Below are positions 13,301 through 24,773 of a stretch of 64,000 nucleotides of DNA, one piece after another; position 1 is the stretch's first letter; each line of letters starts with the position of its first letter. The notes under the pieces were generated by a model. That model did not search any database. It worked only from the letters and a program-made list of their open reading frames with translations, and had not been told where the DNA came from. This DNA comes from Owenia fusiformis. Its lineage: Eukaryota. Where the stretch lies: assembly GCA_903813345.2 (NCBI GenBank), contig CAIIXF020000001.1, forward strand, positions 37,882,001 to 37,946,000, in the 5' to 3' direction. The position numbers were made by a program, and so were the translations under genes.

Positions 13301-13815
13301 GATTTTCTACGAGGTGTCTAATGTCAATTTGTATTCATGTTCTACAGGGTGTTCCATGTTAATTTGCATTCATGTTCTACAGAGTGTCCCATGTTAATTT
13401 GCATTCATGTTTTACAGGGTGTCCCATATTCATTTGCATTCATGTTCTACAGGCTGTCCCATGTTAATTTGCATTCATGTTTTATAGGGTGTTCCATGTT
13501 AATTAATTTAATTTGCATTCATGTTCTACAGGCTGTCCCATGTTAATTTGCATTCATGTTTTATAGGGTGTTCCATGTTAATTGATTTAATTTGCATTCA
13601 TGTTCTACAGGGTGTCCCATGTTAATTTGCATTCATGTTCTACAGGGTGTCCCATGTTAATTTGAATTCATGTTTTACAGGGTGATCTATCAAGTGGTGA
13701 ATTATTCTCTGATGATGAAGATGATCAAATAGAACTAGGCAGTCAACTAACCAGAATTGAGAAGTTCCTCAAACAGGATAAACTGAAGATTACTAAGAAA
13801 CCGCTCACCAGATAG
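1378..13815 (+). CDS. CCDC73: Coiled-coil domain-containing protein 73-like (13 coding exons, apparent frameshift at about 11500)
   Basis: Phase-consistent GT-AG exons: 1378-1621, 1803-1906, 2207-2278, 2764-2871, 3784-3858, 4985-5159, 7910-8118, 8423-8482, 8728-8943, 10087-10227, 10837-12234, 12676-12755, 13681-13815. Peptides FRDHLLEMVEELRIRRVAERGYDEQI, LEANVEKATELNKSLTLVN and C-terminal SQLTRIEKFL resemble vertebrate CCDC73 as recalled (no search run). The large S/T-rich exon changes frame at about 11500. Confidence 0.8.
3906..4669 (+). mobile_element. Helentron/HINE-type non-autonomous element with internal tandem repeats
   Basis: Starts TTTTTAGCTCAC...GGTGAGCTA, then a (GTCC/GTCT)n microsatellite at about 3957-4034 and three copies of a ~152-bp core. 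Ends with subterminal GTGAGC and a short palindrome AGTACCC-A-GGGTACT before a T-run. Confidence 0.75.
5280..7023. mobile_element. Non-autonomous CAC-terminated DNA transposon with 5-bp TSD (Transib-like)
   Basis: Perfect 26-bp TIR CACGGTGTTATAGCATGACAGATACG at both ends; TAATT directly flanks both sides (5275-5279, 7024-7028). No transposase ORF recognised. Confidence 0.8.
6101..6201. repeat. Foldback hairpin nested in the CAC element
   Basis: Near-perfect arms of about 42 bp: AATAACGTCATTTCTGCGGGCAAAATAGTGAAATATTGGACC ... GGTCCAATATTTCACTATATTGCCCGCAGAAATGACGTTATT. Confidence 0.85.
9160..9832. repeat. Inverted dimer of a foldback element (about 670-bp imperfect palindrome)
   Basis: 9160-9507 has its own inverted ends and an internal hairpin (GGCACTCGACTTCGTCTTGTACC loop). 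9508-9832 is a reverse-complement copy, e.g. TATGATCTGTAAAATGAA / TTCATTTTACAGATCATA. Confidence 0.75.
10297..10604. mobile_element. Tc1/mariner-type MITE
   Basis: TA-CAGGGTGTCCATAAAGT at left; ACTTTATGGACACC at right (right tip degenerate). Confidence 0.55.
13277..13684 (+). repeat. 33-bp minisatellite built from the final 3' splice acceptor of CCDC73
   Basis: About 11-12 copies of GGTGTCCCATGTTAATTTGCATTCATGTTCTACAG; the last copy supplies the AG at 13679-13680. Confidence 0.9.
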
Positions 13816-16359
13816 ACTTTCATGTAAAATACAACCCCCTTCATAAGTTTGGTAACTGAAAGTGTCAATATTGGAGAGAGGACTGAAGTGTAACATTGAG
13901 AATACCAGGTGCTCAATATTGTCACCTCTTCCCATTTATAACAACATCATTTGGAAGATCAATAGTCAGATAGTGGTGGAATGGGTCTATTAAAAGTTAA
14001 GGAAATATTTCACCTAGTTAAACTTAATCTTTGTCTCCACATCATTTTGAAATTATTAAAACATTTGAAATATGTCAAGGCATTTTGAAAAATATTTAGA
14101 TATTTTGCTTTGTTTATTTGTTGACTTTTAGTCAATTCTAATTTAACAAGGACGCATGATGGTTGATCTGACACCTGATAAATATGCCACTTCAAAATAA
14201 TTTTGTTATTTACACATTATTCTATACATCAATCATATCAACACATTTCATGTATTTACTATTTACTACAATTTAAAATAAATCGTTGCTGACGTTGAAG
14301 ATTAATTATTAAGTGTTTGTTTTTGAATAACAAAAAAGAGCCATTACTATATATTTTTATTATATTATTATTTACATTTATTTTCCATTAATTACATATT
14401 ACTGACAAAATGTGCACTTAAAATGTTGAATAAAATCCTGCTACTTTAACTAATTATACAGACATCCCTTATAGTTGGCAAGATTTAAATTTGACTAAAA
14501 CATGTTAATAAATCAATCCACATGTTTGTCTTATAAATGAAAACTTAAAATATGATGTCTATACAAGGCACTTAATAATTTAAACTTGTAAAAGTTTAAA
14601 GTACAAGTAATTAATTATAAAAATAATACAGTACTAAGTAGTTGCATGCATTTAAAAATTAAAGGAGTGTTGGTTGATTTGAGGCCATTCTCTCAGTTTT
14701 TCATGAAGTCATTGCACATTGCATTTAACATTGGTTTGGTAATGGGCATTCAATAGATTGTTTTCAGTTTTCCATGCTAGACTCTACCTCCAAAATGCAG
14801 AACTTTGATTTTTTAAATTATCCAGAATATTTTGATATATAAAAAACAGCAAAAATATTTTTCAGAATTTGCTATGCAGGATTAATGTATGACAACCAGC
14901 ATGTACATTTAGTAAAAGTAATTTGAAGTCATTGACTCAAGGTCGTCCGTTAGTTCCAAATTGTATTGATTAAAGTGCAGATACAGTAGCAAAATATCTT
15001 TATATACACTTTTAGTGCAAATATCTAGAAAATGAGACATCTAATATAGATTACAGTATATTGCTAACTTGAAATGAGTCACTGCATGATGCACCAACAA
15101 TGTCAACATTTTCCCCATAACCATTGTCTAATTAACATTTACATTTTAGATACTTCACTGGGACTAAGATGGTGAAATAAACCTGATTTTCTTGTATTAA
15201 GACCCTGGGCACTAAGATGAGAGCGAGGCATAATTTGGCATATAGGCTATTTAAAAAATTGAAAATATTATAGAATTCTTTTGAATGTGAATTATGTTTT
15301 TATGCTGTTTAAACAGCAAATAATGTTATAGAAAATGTTTCAGATGCTAAGTCATTTCACTCAAAATAAAGCCCATGGGGTTTATTTTGAAGAAAATCAA
15401 TTAATGGACAATATAACAAAGGGAACTTATTACAAGAAAATCTGGTCATAAATTTTACATTCAGAATTTTACAAATCCATGTAAAATAGAATAATAATGA
15501 ATAAGAATATCAATAAATGCATATGTCATGAAAATATGCAGGAATTCATTCATGGACTCGATCATAACCATTTACTAGATTCAATTACAGTACATGTATA
15601 TATTCATATGTCAATGAATACAGACAATGTGAAGATACATGTATGTTCCACTTTCCCCTGATGATTTTAATGATAAATGAAATGCTTTATACATGGAAAT
15701 TCATCTTGATTCACTATAAACGTTTGTGAACAGAGATGTGTGTGTACTGTAATACATATATGCAGAGATCAGTTAGGTGTGTGCTGATATATACAATGTT
15801 GAAATGATTTATCAATAACCTTATCTCATGTGACCCTCTTTTTAAACTGTCTGTTTAACTGATGTTTTTTGGTGAAAATGACCAGATGAAAAAAGTAAAA
15901 TGTTACACGGACAATTAATTTGTAAAGCCCTCACTTTTGAATCACTTAAGCTTGGAATAATACTATCTGCAAAAGTGTTCACATTAGTCTCAATTCTGAG
16001 TTATTGCATAAGTTTCGTGAAGTTTTGAAAATGTCATTTTTCCAGTAAATCCTTGAGTCCTATATGACATTCATTAAGGATATCATTGTATTGCTTCTGT
16101 GTCTCTGGTCTAATAGGTGTTGCTTTGGTGGCAAGATATCTACACATTTCTACATTCTACCCTGATGTCTTTACATTGCAGTTGTGCTATTGCACTGTTC
16201 ATTATCTTTCTACATGTGCAGGGTGCTACATAAGTTCTGGTCAAAATAAGACCACAATTAGTTATGATCTGAACTAGGAAAATAAGATCACAACTGATCT
16301 CTATTTCAGGTTTGTGAGTCTGAAATCTTTATGAGGCACCCTGTATGTGTGTAATACTG

Positions 16360-19300
16360 TTAACTAGTTGCCAACTCTTGGTGGACACCTGGTATTTTTG
16401 TATCCAGGCATCTGGTGTCCTCCCCCATATGCTCCTGTTTGATGTTTCCATGTTCTGGTGGCATCTCATTCTGATCCAGGTTAACAGGGACTGCCTTTGG
16501 GGGCGATGGCATGGGTACATTAGAGGCAAACATAACTTGGGATGTCATACTCCCAGGACTTTGAAGTCTGGGTGATCCTTCCCTAGCTGCTGCCTGGTAG
16601 TGGGCCATTGGACTCTGCTCCCTGTGCACTTGTGGCTGCTGATAGCCTGTTGGACTTGTTTCCCTTGGCTGGTAGTTCACCATGGGGCTTGTTTCTCGTT
16701 GCTGGTAATTCCCCATAGGGCTGTTCTCACGAGGCTGGTAGTTGGCCATAGGGCTTGTTTCTCTTGGTTGGTAATTAGGCATAGGGCTGGACTCTCTTTG
16801 CTGGTAATTTGGCACAGGGCTTGGATCTCTCTGTTGATAAGTGGGCATGTGGTTAGGACTGCTGTCGCCAGGAGTGTATACTCCCATAGATGTGATGATA
16901 CCTCCACCATTGTAGCCCATAATGGTCTGGGGCATGTTGTAGCTAGAGCTGCGCTGGGAGAGCTGTGTCAGGGGTGGGGGAGGGGTCTGCTGCTGCTGCA
17001 TAGATTTCACCTCTGGAATAGACATATACACTGACAGTTTACTATCTACTTTGGTGGACGCTTAAAAGTTGATCAATCAGAAAATTTAATATGCGACAGA
17101 AACTAATAATGGTACTATAAAACATGTGTATTTGCCATGTGTCACTTTGGAATATGTAGGGGTGTTCTCTTACCTTCTGAAACATGCCTTGGTGGAGACC
17201 TATGCCCTTTAGAGGGCCCACTCTTTGGCTTTCTCTTCCTGGTTTGTATGCCATCCTTCTTCATTGACATTGGCCTGTTCACCTGAAACAACAACATTTA
17301 CAGTTATAAGCAAGCCCATCATTTACTGTATTGATAAACCGATAGTGTTGCTATAATTTGCTACCATGCAGCCAGGTTTAACAAAGACAAAGGTGCCATT
17401 TAAAGGCACAATGTTTAGTTCTACCACTGCCATATCTAAAATCTCCAACCTATCTTTGTTTTTAGCTAGACTACCTTTATTTTGTAATTAATAGTTTTTG
17501 CTGAAGAATCAGAAGTATTTTGTAGAACAGGTGATAGTTATGTTCTGAATTTTGTAATTTGTCTATTTCACTATTTGGTACTTCATCTAGAATACATTAA
17601 CCACAATATATTTGTTTAATTTGCAAGCAATTCTAAGTGCATGGGGAAGAGAACTATGAAATAAATTGAAAAAACAATTACATTTTTCATTTCACTCTCT
17701 TAGATGTTATCTTTAGCTTGACAAAATTCATTAATTATTAAAATCGTGTTCCTGCCGTCCACCCCCACACATGTTTTGTTGTATTCTAGTCTACTCACTA
17801 CTAAGATTTTATTACTAAGCCTGAAAGCCAATGATATAGTTTACTAAAATTAACTTAAGATTAAAGGAACGCATCAGGGCATATTACTTAAAAATAAGAT
17901 TAGCATACCATTACATATACTTGTAAATTGAAGAAATACATGTACAATGGCATAAACGTAAAGATGGATGAATACTCTCTGCACATAACAGGACGTGGAG
18001 CATGGGGCCATCCCCAATATTTGACCAGGTCTCTTAAACTACATACGATATTTTCACACCTTTTATACAATATACCTGTACAATTATATTTTTCTGACCT
18101 CTTCTGCATAGCATATTTTTCACAAGTCATCTCATAAAGACATATGTTTACACCTCCAGCTATACAATAACCCTACCCCCCACCCTTTAGCATTTATATG
18201 GTCTTTCATTAATGATTACGTAAAATCTGAATGGCTTAATAGAGCTGAGCTGAGGTGAGAAAAAACAATGCCTTCAATTAAATGAATGCATTAGTACTTG
18301 ATTGAATGTGAGCCAACATCACTTCAACTGCTGGCTGACGATTTCACGTTATTTTATGTCCAACTCATTTAAAAATGATTATTAATATTAGCAGATACTA
18401 TTCATATTTAAATGAGATGGACATAAAATAGCGGCCAAATCGCATGAATTCGCAAATGCTATCTTAGAAACCGTTTTGAAAGGTCGGAAGTCAACGTAGC
18501 CTATTGTCAGATTGTCTGGTATGCCTATTTGAAAAGAATATTACCTGATGGAGTTTATAGTAGAGGCCGCAAGCATTGCAAACAGGCTCTCCTTCATTGT
18601 TTCTCCTCCATAGCGTAGTGGTGGACGTTCCACAGTTTGCACACTGCAGACCCATTCTCCTAGAACCGGACTGTAAGCAGATACAGTGAACATGTCAGAA
18701 TTTCTATGAACATCCTAAAAGACTAGGTGAACGTACGTTTCATTTCAATTACATTATTTTGCCCTGTTATTTCCTGCCATGCCTATTTTCTAAAAGGTCC
18801 CACAATTATGACTTTATTCTAGGGACGTATGATAATGGTTATTGGATTTGGGCATTTCTTCATATTGCCTTCAATAACTTGATCAGATATCTTATTTCCT
18901 GTTTTTGACAAATAAAATTTTGTTATGCAAACATAAGCATGATTTCTGAAGATTGTCTTCCAACATTTTACCCCCTCTCTCCCCATTCATTTAATAGACG
19001 GAAAACTTCCCAATGAATAAAAACTTTGTTTGGAAATGTTCATGACGGAAGCCATAAGCCTGTGACATGCGATGACATTTCTTGTTCATATGTATCCATA
19101 CACAAGTGGGTTGAGCCGGATGGGTTTCATCTTCTATCGACCATGAAGGGATCCATTTTCCCCTGTCGGAGTATGCAGACGGACCACCGTGACATAATGG
19201 GAGTGTTATTATATGCGGCGAGAAATTCAAAGCAAGAAAGGCATTGGTCCCACCAAGATAGAAGAAAGTGTGGAAGAAGCAAGCGTTAATACTAACCGTG

Positions 19301-22300
19301 CGTCCATGCGAGGAAGGCATACCAGGTAACCTCTGACCGGGACTGGAGGGCAAGAGTTTCAAGCGCTCGTACAGACTGTGCTCATACTGGACCGACGCCG
19401 CCATGGCTGAAAATAAAGCCAAAATGTATACTAACCAGTTGGGGCATTCTCAGGCTCTGATCACGGGGTTTCTGGGGCATTGGTGATGGCCGTCCGGAAG
19501 TGGACATCTTGGAATAGAGGCCACAGGCATTACAGAGATAATGTCCAGTCCCGTCCCTCCTCCACAGAGGAGTAGAGACGCAGCCACAATTCACACACTC
19601 ACGACCTTCTACAAAATAATGTTATGTTTTAACTTATCCCCGGTCAATGACCATTATCCCCGGTCTTTTTGGACTTTCAGTGCAGGTAATTACATATCAC
19701 CCACATTTTAATGTATGTCGCTAAAAGTTATTGTACTGTTGGCCAACTTACTAGTATATATCTAAAATGTGTATTAATGATACTTCTTTTTTATGAAAAC
19801 AATTATTGTCATCTCTGATAAGATAAGGTACGTTCATGTAATTGTTCCGAGATAAAACACGGCAAAGGGGATAGCAATATTTATACGTATACACTATACA
19901 AGTACCACCTCTATGCATTGCGTCCTTTTATTTTAGCCTAATAGTCTGGATTTCTACATGAAATTAAAACATAAATGAACATAATGGTTTCGAATTTTCA
20001 TTTGAATAAGAAAATAGTTTGCACCATTTTAAAATCCAGTCGAATTGCCTCATTCAATTGTTGAATGCTATTAGAGAAATTTCTTTATTAGGACACTGCA
20101 AGCATCGATGAGTGTGTTCTCAAAAATCGTGTTTTTAGATGGGTCGAGGGAACCCAAGTTTGGTTTTACCTGTTTGATTTCAAGTGAAGGTGCACATGAT
20201 TAATTTGCGCTGTCTCAAAGGGTATCTGTTTCTAAGGCAGATGTACCTGTTTTAGTACAAGTACTAGCGGAACAAGCTTGTTTATTGGGCTCTTACATAT
20301 ACCAGCCACATTATTAACTATGGAAACACGGTGAATGATGAGGGCTTCTTCCCCAGAAAGGCGAAACTAGAGATAAGAGTTAGTGTTTTAACCATATGGA
20401 GTCTTATCAATTCGTGATGGAGTTACATTCGCTGTATTCAACCATTATACATATGGCCCTTTATTATTGCGATTGTGGAATCCTGCATTTTCTTAATTCA
20501 TAATATCAATGTGCTTTTCTTGAACAAATCTGTTCAAAGATTCACGGCATACCCCTTACATGAAGAATATAATAGGTCAATATTTAGTATTGAAAAGAAC
20601 CATATAAATAACTAATTCTATAAGTTCACCAACTGTAGTGGAACTTATTTCAAGATACAGAAATACTGTAAACGTCATCAGTGCAACAGAATTATAAATC
20701 GAGTTGAAAATTGTATAGAATGCCATGAAATCTCAATGAAAGGTACATAATTATATAGCAAACTTTGTCGTGTGTGATGAGTTGTACTTTGGTCATGTTG
20801 GATGCCAGCGTTGTTCTGTTAGCTTGTTAGTGATGTGTACTCATCCCATTGACCCCCTTAGTCAATATTAGAACAGGTACTTGCTGCCTATGTTCATGGT
20901 ATAATGCTCCATTCCTCAACCAAAGCCACTATAGTCTTATACACAATTCTATTTGTCATTCTATCATGTCTGCCATAAAACAATACCTATATGATCATGA
21001 CCCATAATGTTAACGACCCACATACTTCAATGTATCAATATTTGATTCAATAAATTTCAAAACTGCCCACTAACGTAGCCGTTTCGCGGATTTACAAGTA
21101 TGATGAGTGCATTGGCATTTTAAAGCGCGTTTTATTGGATAGTATTTCAGTTGTAATTTGTTTTACAACTCTGCACTTTTTATTTTATTTCTTAAGAATA
21201 TTCCTCTTAAAGTTACTTCAATAGGTAGAGTCTATTTTTTCTCAATTATTGTGTGTATTTTTAGCAATGGCAAGAGTTCACTCAATTTGTATTTTTATCA
21301 TTTTTGAATAGCTTTGAATAAAGAGATAAAATACGTACATCAGTTTTACTTCATTAAAGTAATAACTCAGATGCGAGTAAGTAATTACCAGTTTCACCAC
21401 CAGGTGGCTCGTTCGGGTCAAATAGCATGGCGGGTATAGTAGAAAGTTCCCTTATTAACTTAAATATTCATCTGTTTAGGAGTTAGATTTTCATATCACC
21501 CTTATGTATCTAATAGTTATGCAAATTAAAATATGTACAGTAAAAGAAGATGTTATTGTAATATGGAGGGGTGACAAAATCTATGAAAGATTATTGAATA
21601 TAAAATTTTTGATTTCTTTGTAAAGAAAGGTAATTTAGGTAATATTACATGTCACATTACATGATTTCGAAACTGTTCGGAAAAGTTTTATTATTGTATT
21701 TTCACATTTTGTACACAATATAGCTATTTCGAATGGTATTTTGAAATTAAGGTATTTCACAGAATTAGTTGTTAATTTTAGTTTGAATGGAATACGCCTC
21801 CAACAATCTGTTTTAGTTTTAAATTGAAACTACTAAAACGTGGTTAAACCAAAACGTGGATATTTGAATGGTTACAGTAAATAGATCATTATGTCTTAAT
21901 TCAAGTACCATAATACTCATTTTAATTTGCCCCTCGTAATAAATTTAAACCTTTGGCTCCAATCAAATAGTAAACCTCAGTATTCTATAAATTAACATAT
22001 AGTTAAACTGAAAATAAAATATCGCATTCTCTCATTTGTATATCCTTTTCAAACAGTTCAAAATTTAAAAATTGTTTCAGTTTCATTTAAATAAGTTTGT
22101 CATCATTGTTGAAATGCAATACAAACGGCACAATGCTTATATAGGGATTGATGCATGTTGAACATTGGGTTTTTATTAATAAAACAGTGGTAAGACTGGA
22201 TCCACATAAATTCGTAACTATTAATTATAGGCCTAATTGCTAAAATGAATCTGTTTCTACATGATTTATAAATTATGTGGAAATAGATCATTCAGCGACC

Positions 22301-23833
22301 ATAATCAATTTAAAATGCGCACGTCACCGAGTGACTTGATAATAATTAATAATTATCAAAAAGAGAAGAATTGATCGGAGTATTTGGATGAAATATGGGG
22401 ATCATTTTACAAGTTGAATTGCATATTATAAATGACAAGGAGTTGAGCTCGCCATGCAGAATACGGTAAAGTGGGGAGGATGGATTGGGGACGCAGTGCC
22501 AGGCTCAGGCGACTCACCCAACCAATATACTAATAATTAATCATTCAAGATTAAATACAACTTTACCAGCCAATTACATATTAAACCATTAGATATATAG
22601 CTACGTGAATTCTACATTCTATATCATTTGTAGAACTATCTAATAATTTCTGGCCAGTGTTATTACATTTCTTAATAATTGCTTGGATTACTGAGCCACA
22701 TAATTACATATGTTTACTCATTACTTGGCAAATTGTAATATTGCTAAATATGTATGATATATTTATAAGGTTTATTAATCCAAATCGTATATCTGACCGT
22801 ATGGTTTTATGTGGATTTTTATTGCTTTGTCTAATAGAATTACTAATCAAAATTTCGATTTATAATACATGGCGGTGACTAATATTTATTTGGAAGTAAT
22901 TAGCACTTTCATTTGAATGACAATACTCATTTGTTGTTTATTAATCAGATGATATGCCTAATTTTACTTACCCGGGGAAACTGGGGAGGGTGGTCCCCGT
23001 CTGTCTTGTTGCTGAAGACCTATTGATGGCGCGTTATAGGGGCTCCAGGCCGTTCTATCTTGGGTTCCACTCATATAGCTTGTGTACGCACCGATACCAT
23101 TGGCAAGACCTCCATTGTTGTAGGTTAGCGGCGGTCTTTGGCCCGGGGATGGTAGCTGCTCCCCCGCGGGATAATATGACCCTGGGCTAAATGAACTATT
23201 TCTACCATTTGTTGTGTACCCTGTATCTGGTTGCATAGCATGCGGCCACATCCCAGTAGCCGGGGCACCCTGTCCCGTATATTGAGCGTGCAATGGCAAG
23301 ACTGGACGGGCATACACAGTGCCATTTACCCCTGATTGAAGATAGTTTGTATTAGCGTCCATATATGGAGTTATATGACTGGTTGTCCCTGTTCCAGTTT
23401 GGTACATGATTTGGCCTGCGCTGAGAGCGGGCGAGTTGGTGAGGGTAGCGAGAGTCGAGTTCGAGTCAGTGTGTATCAGTGTTGTGAGTGGCACACTAGT
23501 AGCGTGCGGACGATCAAGACTATGGAAGAAATTTTCTACGTCCTCATTCGGTAGGAGTTGACTAGATTCTGCAAAATTGAGCAATCCTTGACGACTGGAA
23601 GTAGTTGTCTGCACAGCCGTTTGATGTGAATCACCGCTGGTTGGAGGTGCTCCGGGAGATGTGTTTTGTTGTGAACCAGATTTATCCGGCCTATGTGCCG
23701 ATAACTTTCCGTCTGTCTCTGATCGTGTTTCGCTGCTTTCAAATTGTCTTTCCGCGCGCTCTGATCCAGGAGGAGGCGAGTCTCTCCACTCTTCTTTAAC
23801 AGTCACAAGCTTTGAATCTTCCCTTGACTCCAT
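16360..23833 (-). CDS. GATA4/5/6: GATA4/5/6-class zinc-finger transcription factor, paralogue A (about 640 aa)
   Basis: Exons 23833-22972, 19608-19436 (N-finger [32 protein letters not shown]), 18670-18545 (C-finger [32 protein letters not shown]), 17282-17174 ([20 protein letters not shown]), 17012-16360. All GT-AG; total 1923 nt in frame. The TRKRKPK basic tail is 4/5/6-type. Confidence 0.92.
16570..16839 (-). repeat. Coding 33-bp / 11-aa tandem repeat YQ(Q/P)RE(T/S)SPMxN in the GATA-A C-terminus
   Basis: [65 protein letters not shown] plus two degenerate copies. Confidence 0.9.
19297..19406 (-). CDS. Putative mutually exclusive, finger-less alternative to the GATA-A N-finger exon
   Basis: Acceptor TTTATTTTCAG, donor GTTAGT; 110 nt, phase 1/0 like the N-finger exon. 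Encodes (A)[36 protein letters not shown]. Lies only 29 nt from the N-finger donor. Confidence 0.7.
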
Positions 23834-24049
23834 ATGGTTTACAATACTCACGCGGGGTGTGAGTCCAACTCCTGTAATATAAAAGCAATAAATTGTTTAA
23901 TTTATTCACTATTTTGAAATGGAAACATCTCATTCCAGTTGCACGGTACTTGCTTACTTACATGCTCCCAAGACAATATTTTAAGGACAAAGAAATACTT
24001 GACAATTTGAACATGATTTTAAGAGTGTCAATCTTGCTTGCTTGTTTAC

Positions 24050-24430
24050 CTGTGGAGTGATCATTTGTTTCTTCTTAACCGACGATATAGGAGATCAGTA
24101 TATATTTTTATGTTTAATCCTATGTTTGCAATGTAGAAGTGAGAATCAACGTTGTTGTGAAGGTTTCCTGTTTATGGCTTCTCGATAGTTTACACAGGAC
24201 ACGGAGCCAGGTGGCAGCCATAACTTTGTACACATTGAATATTCTCACACCTTTGAATATCGTCTTCATAAATCAAACCATACAATATTCAACGCCCGCC
24301 ATTTCCAAAACGAGACCTACGTTCCGAAATAATTATTCCACCATCTTGGACAAGGGTGAACTCGATATTTACTCCTTTGCTGTTGCGTCATACGTGACCT
24401 CAATAGGAATCCACGTATTGGGGGCTTCCG
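24050..24430 (-). promoter_or_regulatory. Candidate promoter and 5' UTR exon of GATA-A
   Basis: Donor CAG|GTAAAC at 24050/24049 upstream of the acceptor at 23872. CCAAT and CRE-like (TGACGCA, CACGT) motifs at about 24380-24420. Confidence 0.4.
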
Positions 24431-24626
24431 AGCCAAACTGAAAATGCTCATGGTCCACTTATTCCGGAGTGTCGCATTTGAAATAAAATCCCCGTTGGTG
24501 TCCCCTAGTGTTCTTTACATAGAGTTTTGTGTATAAGAGATGGAGAATGATTCTGTTCCGAGCTTCACCAGTTTGTCTGAGGCACAAGTGCTTGTTAGGG
24601 ATATCTATGTGCTCTAGTAACGCAAT

Positions 24627-24773
24627 CTTATCTGGTTGTAAAAAAGAGGTGGGCAAAAAATTATCTGGGCTAACATGACATTCGTGGTATAAACTGTGAT
24701 AAATCAGCATAAATGGAGTTTATGGCGATGATAGGGGACTGATAATGGAACAGGGTCCAACAACTACTGATAG
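24627..24773. promoter_or_regulatory. Cluster of six WGATAR (GATA-binding) motifs upstream of GATA-A
   Basis: TTATCT x2, TGATAA x2 and TGATAG x2 within about 150 bp. Confidence 0.5.

Noticed and set aside
13277..13684. CRISPR-like regular repeats
   Set aside because: Contiguous units without unique spacers in a eukaryotic intron; this is a minisatellite.
16345..17034. Plus-strand ORFs here and at 54857-55705 and 61602-62411
   Set aside because: Antisense shadows of repetitive coding exons on the minus strand.
18991..19296. ORF continuing about 100 codons past the GATA-A alternative exon; possible third cassette exon
   Set aside because: No acceptor/donor pair giving phase 1/0 and no recognisable motif; likely chance read-through.
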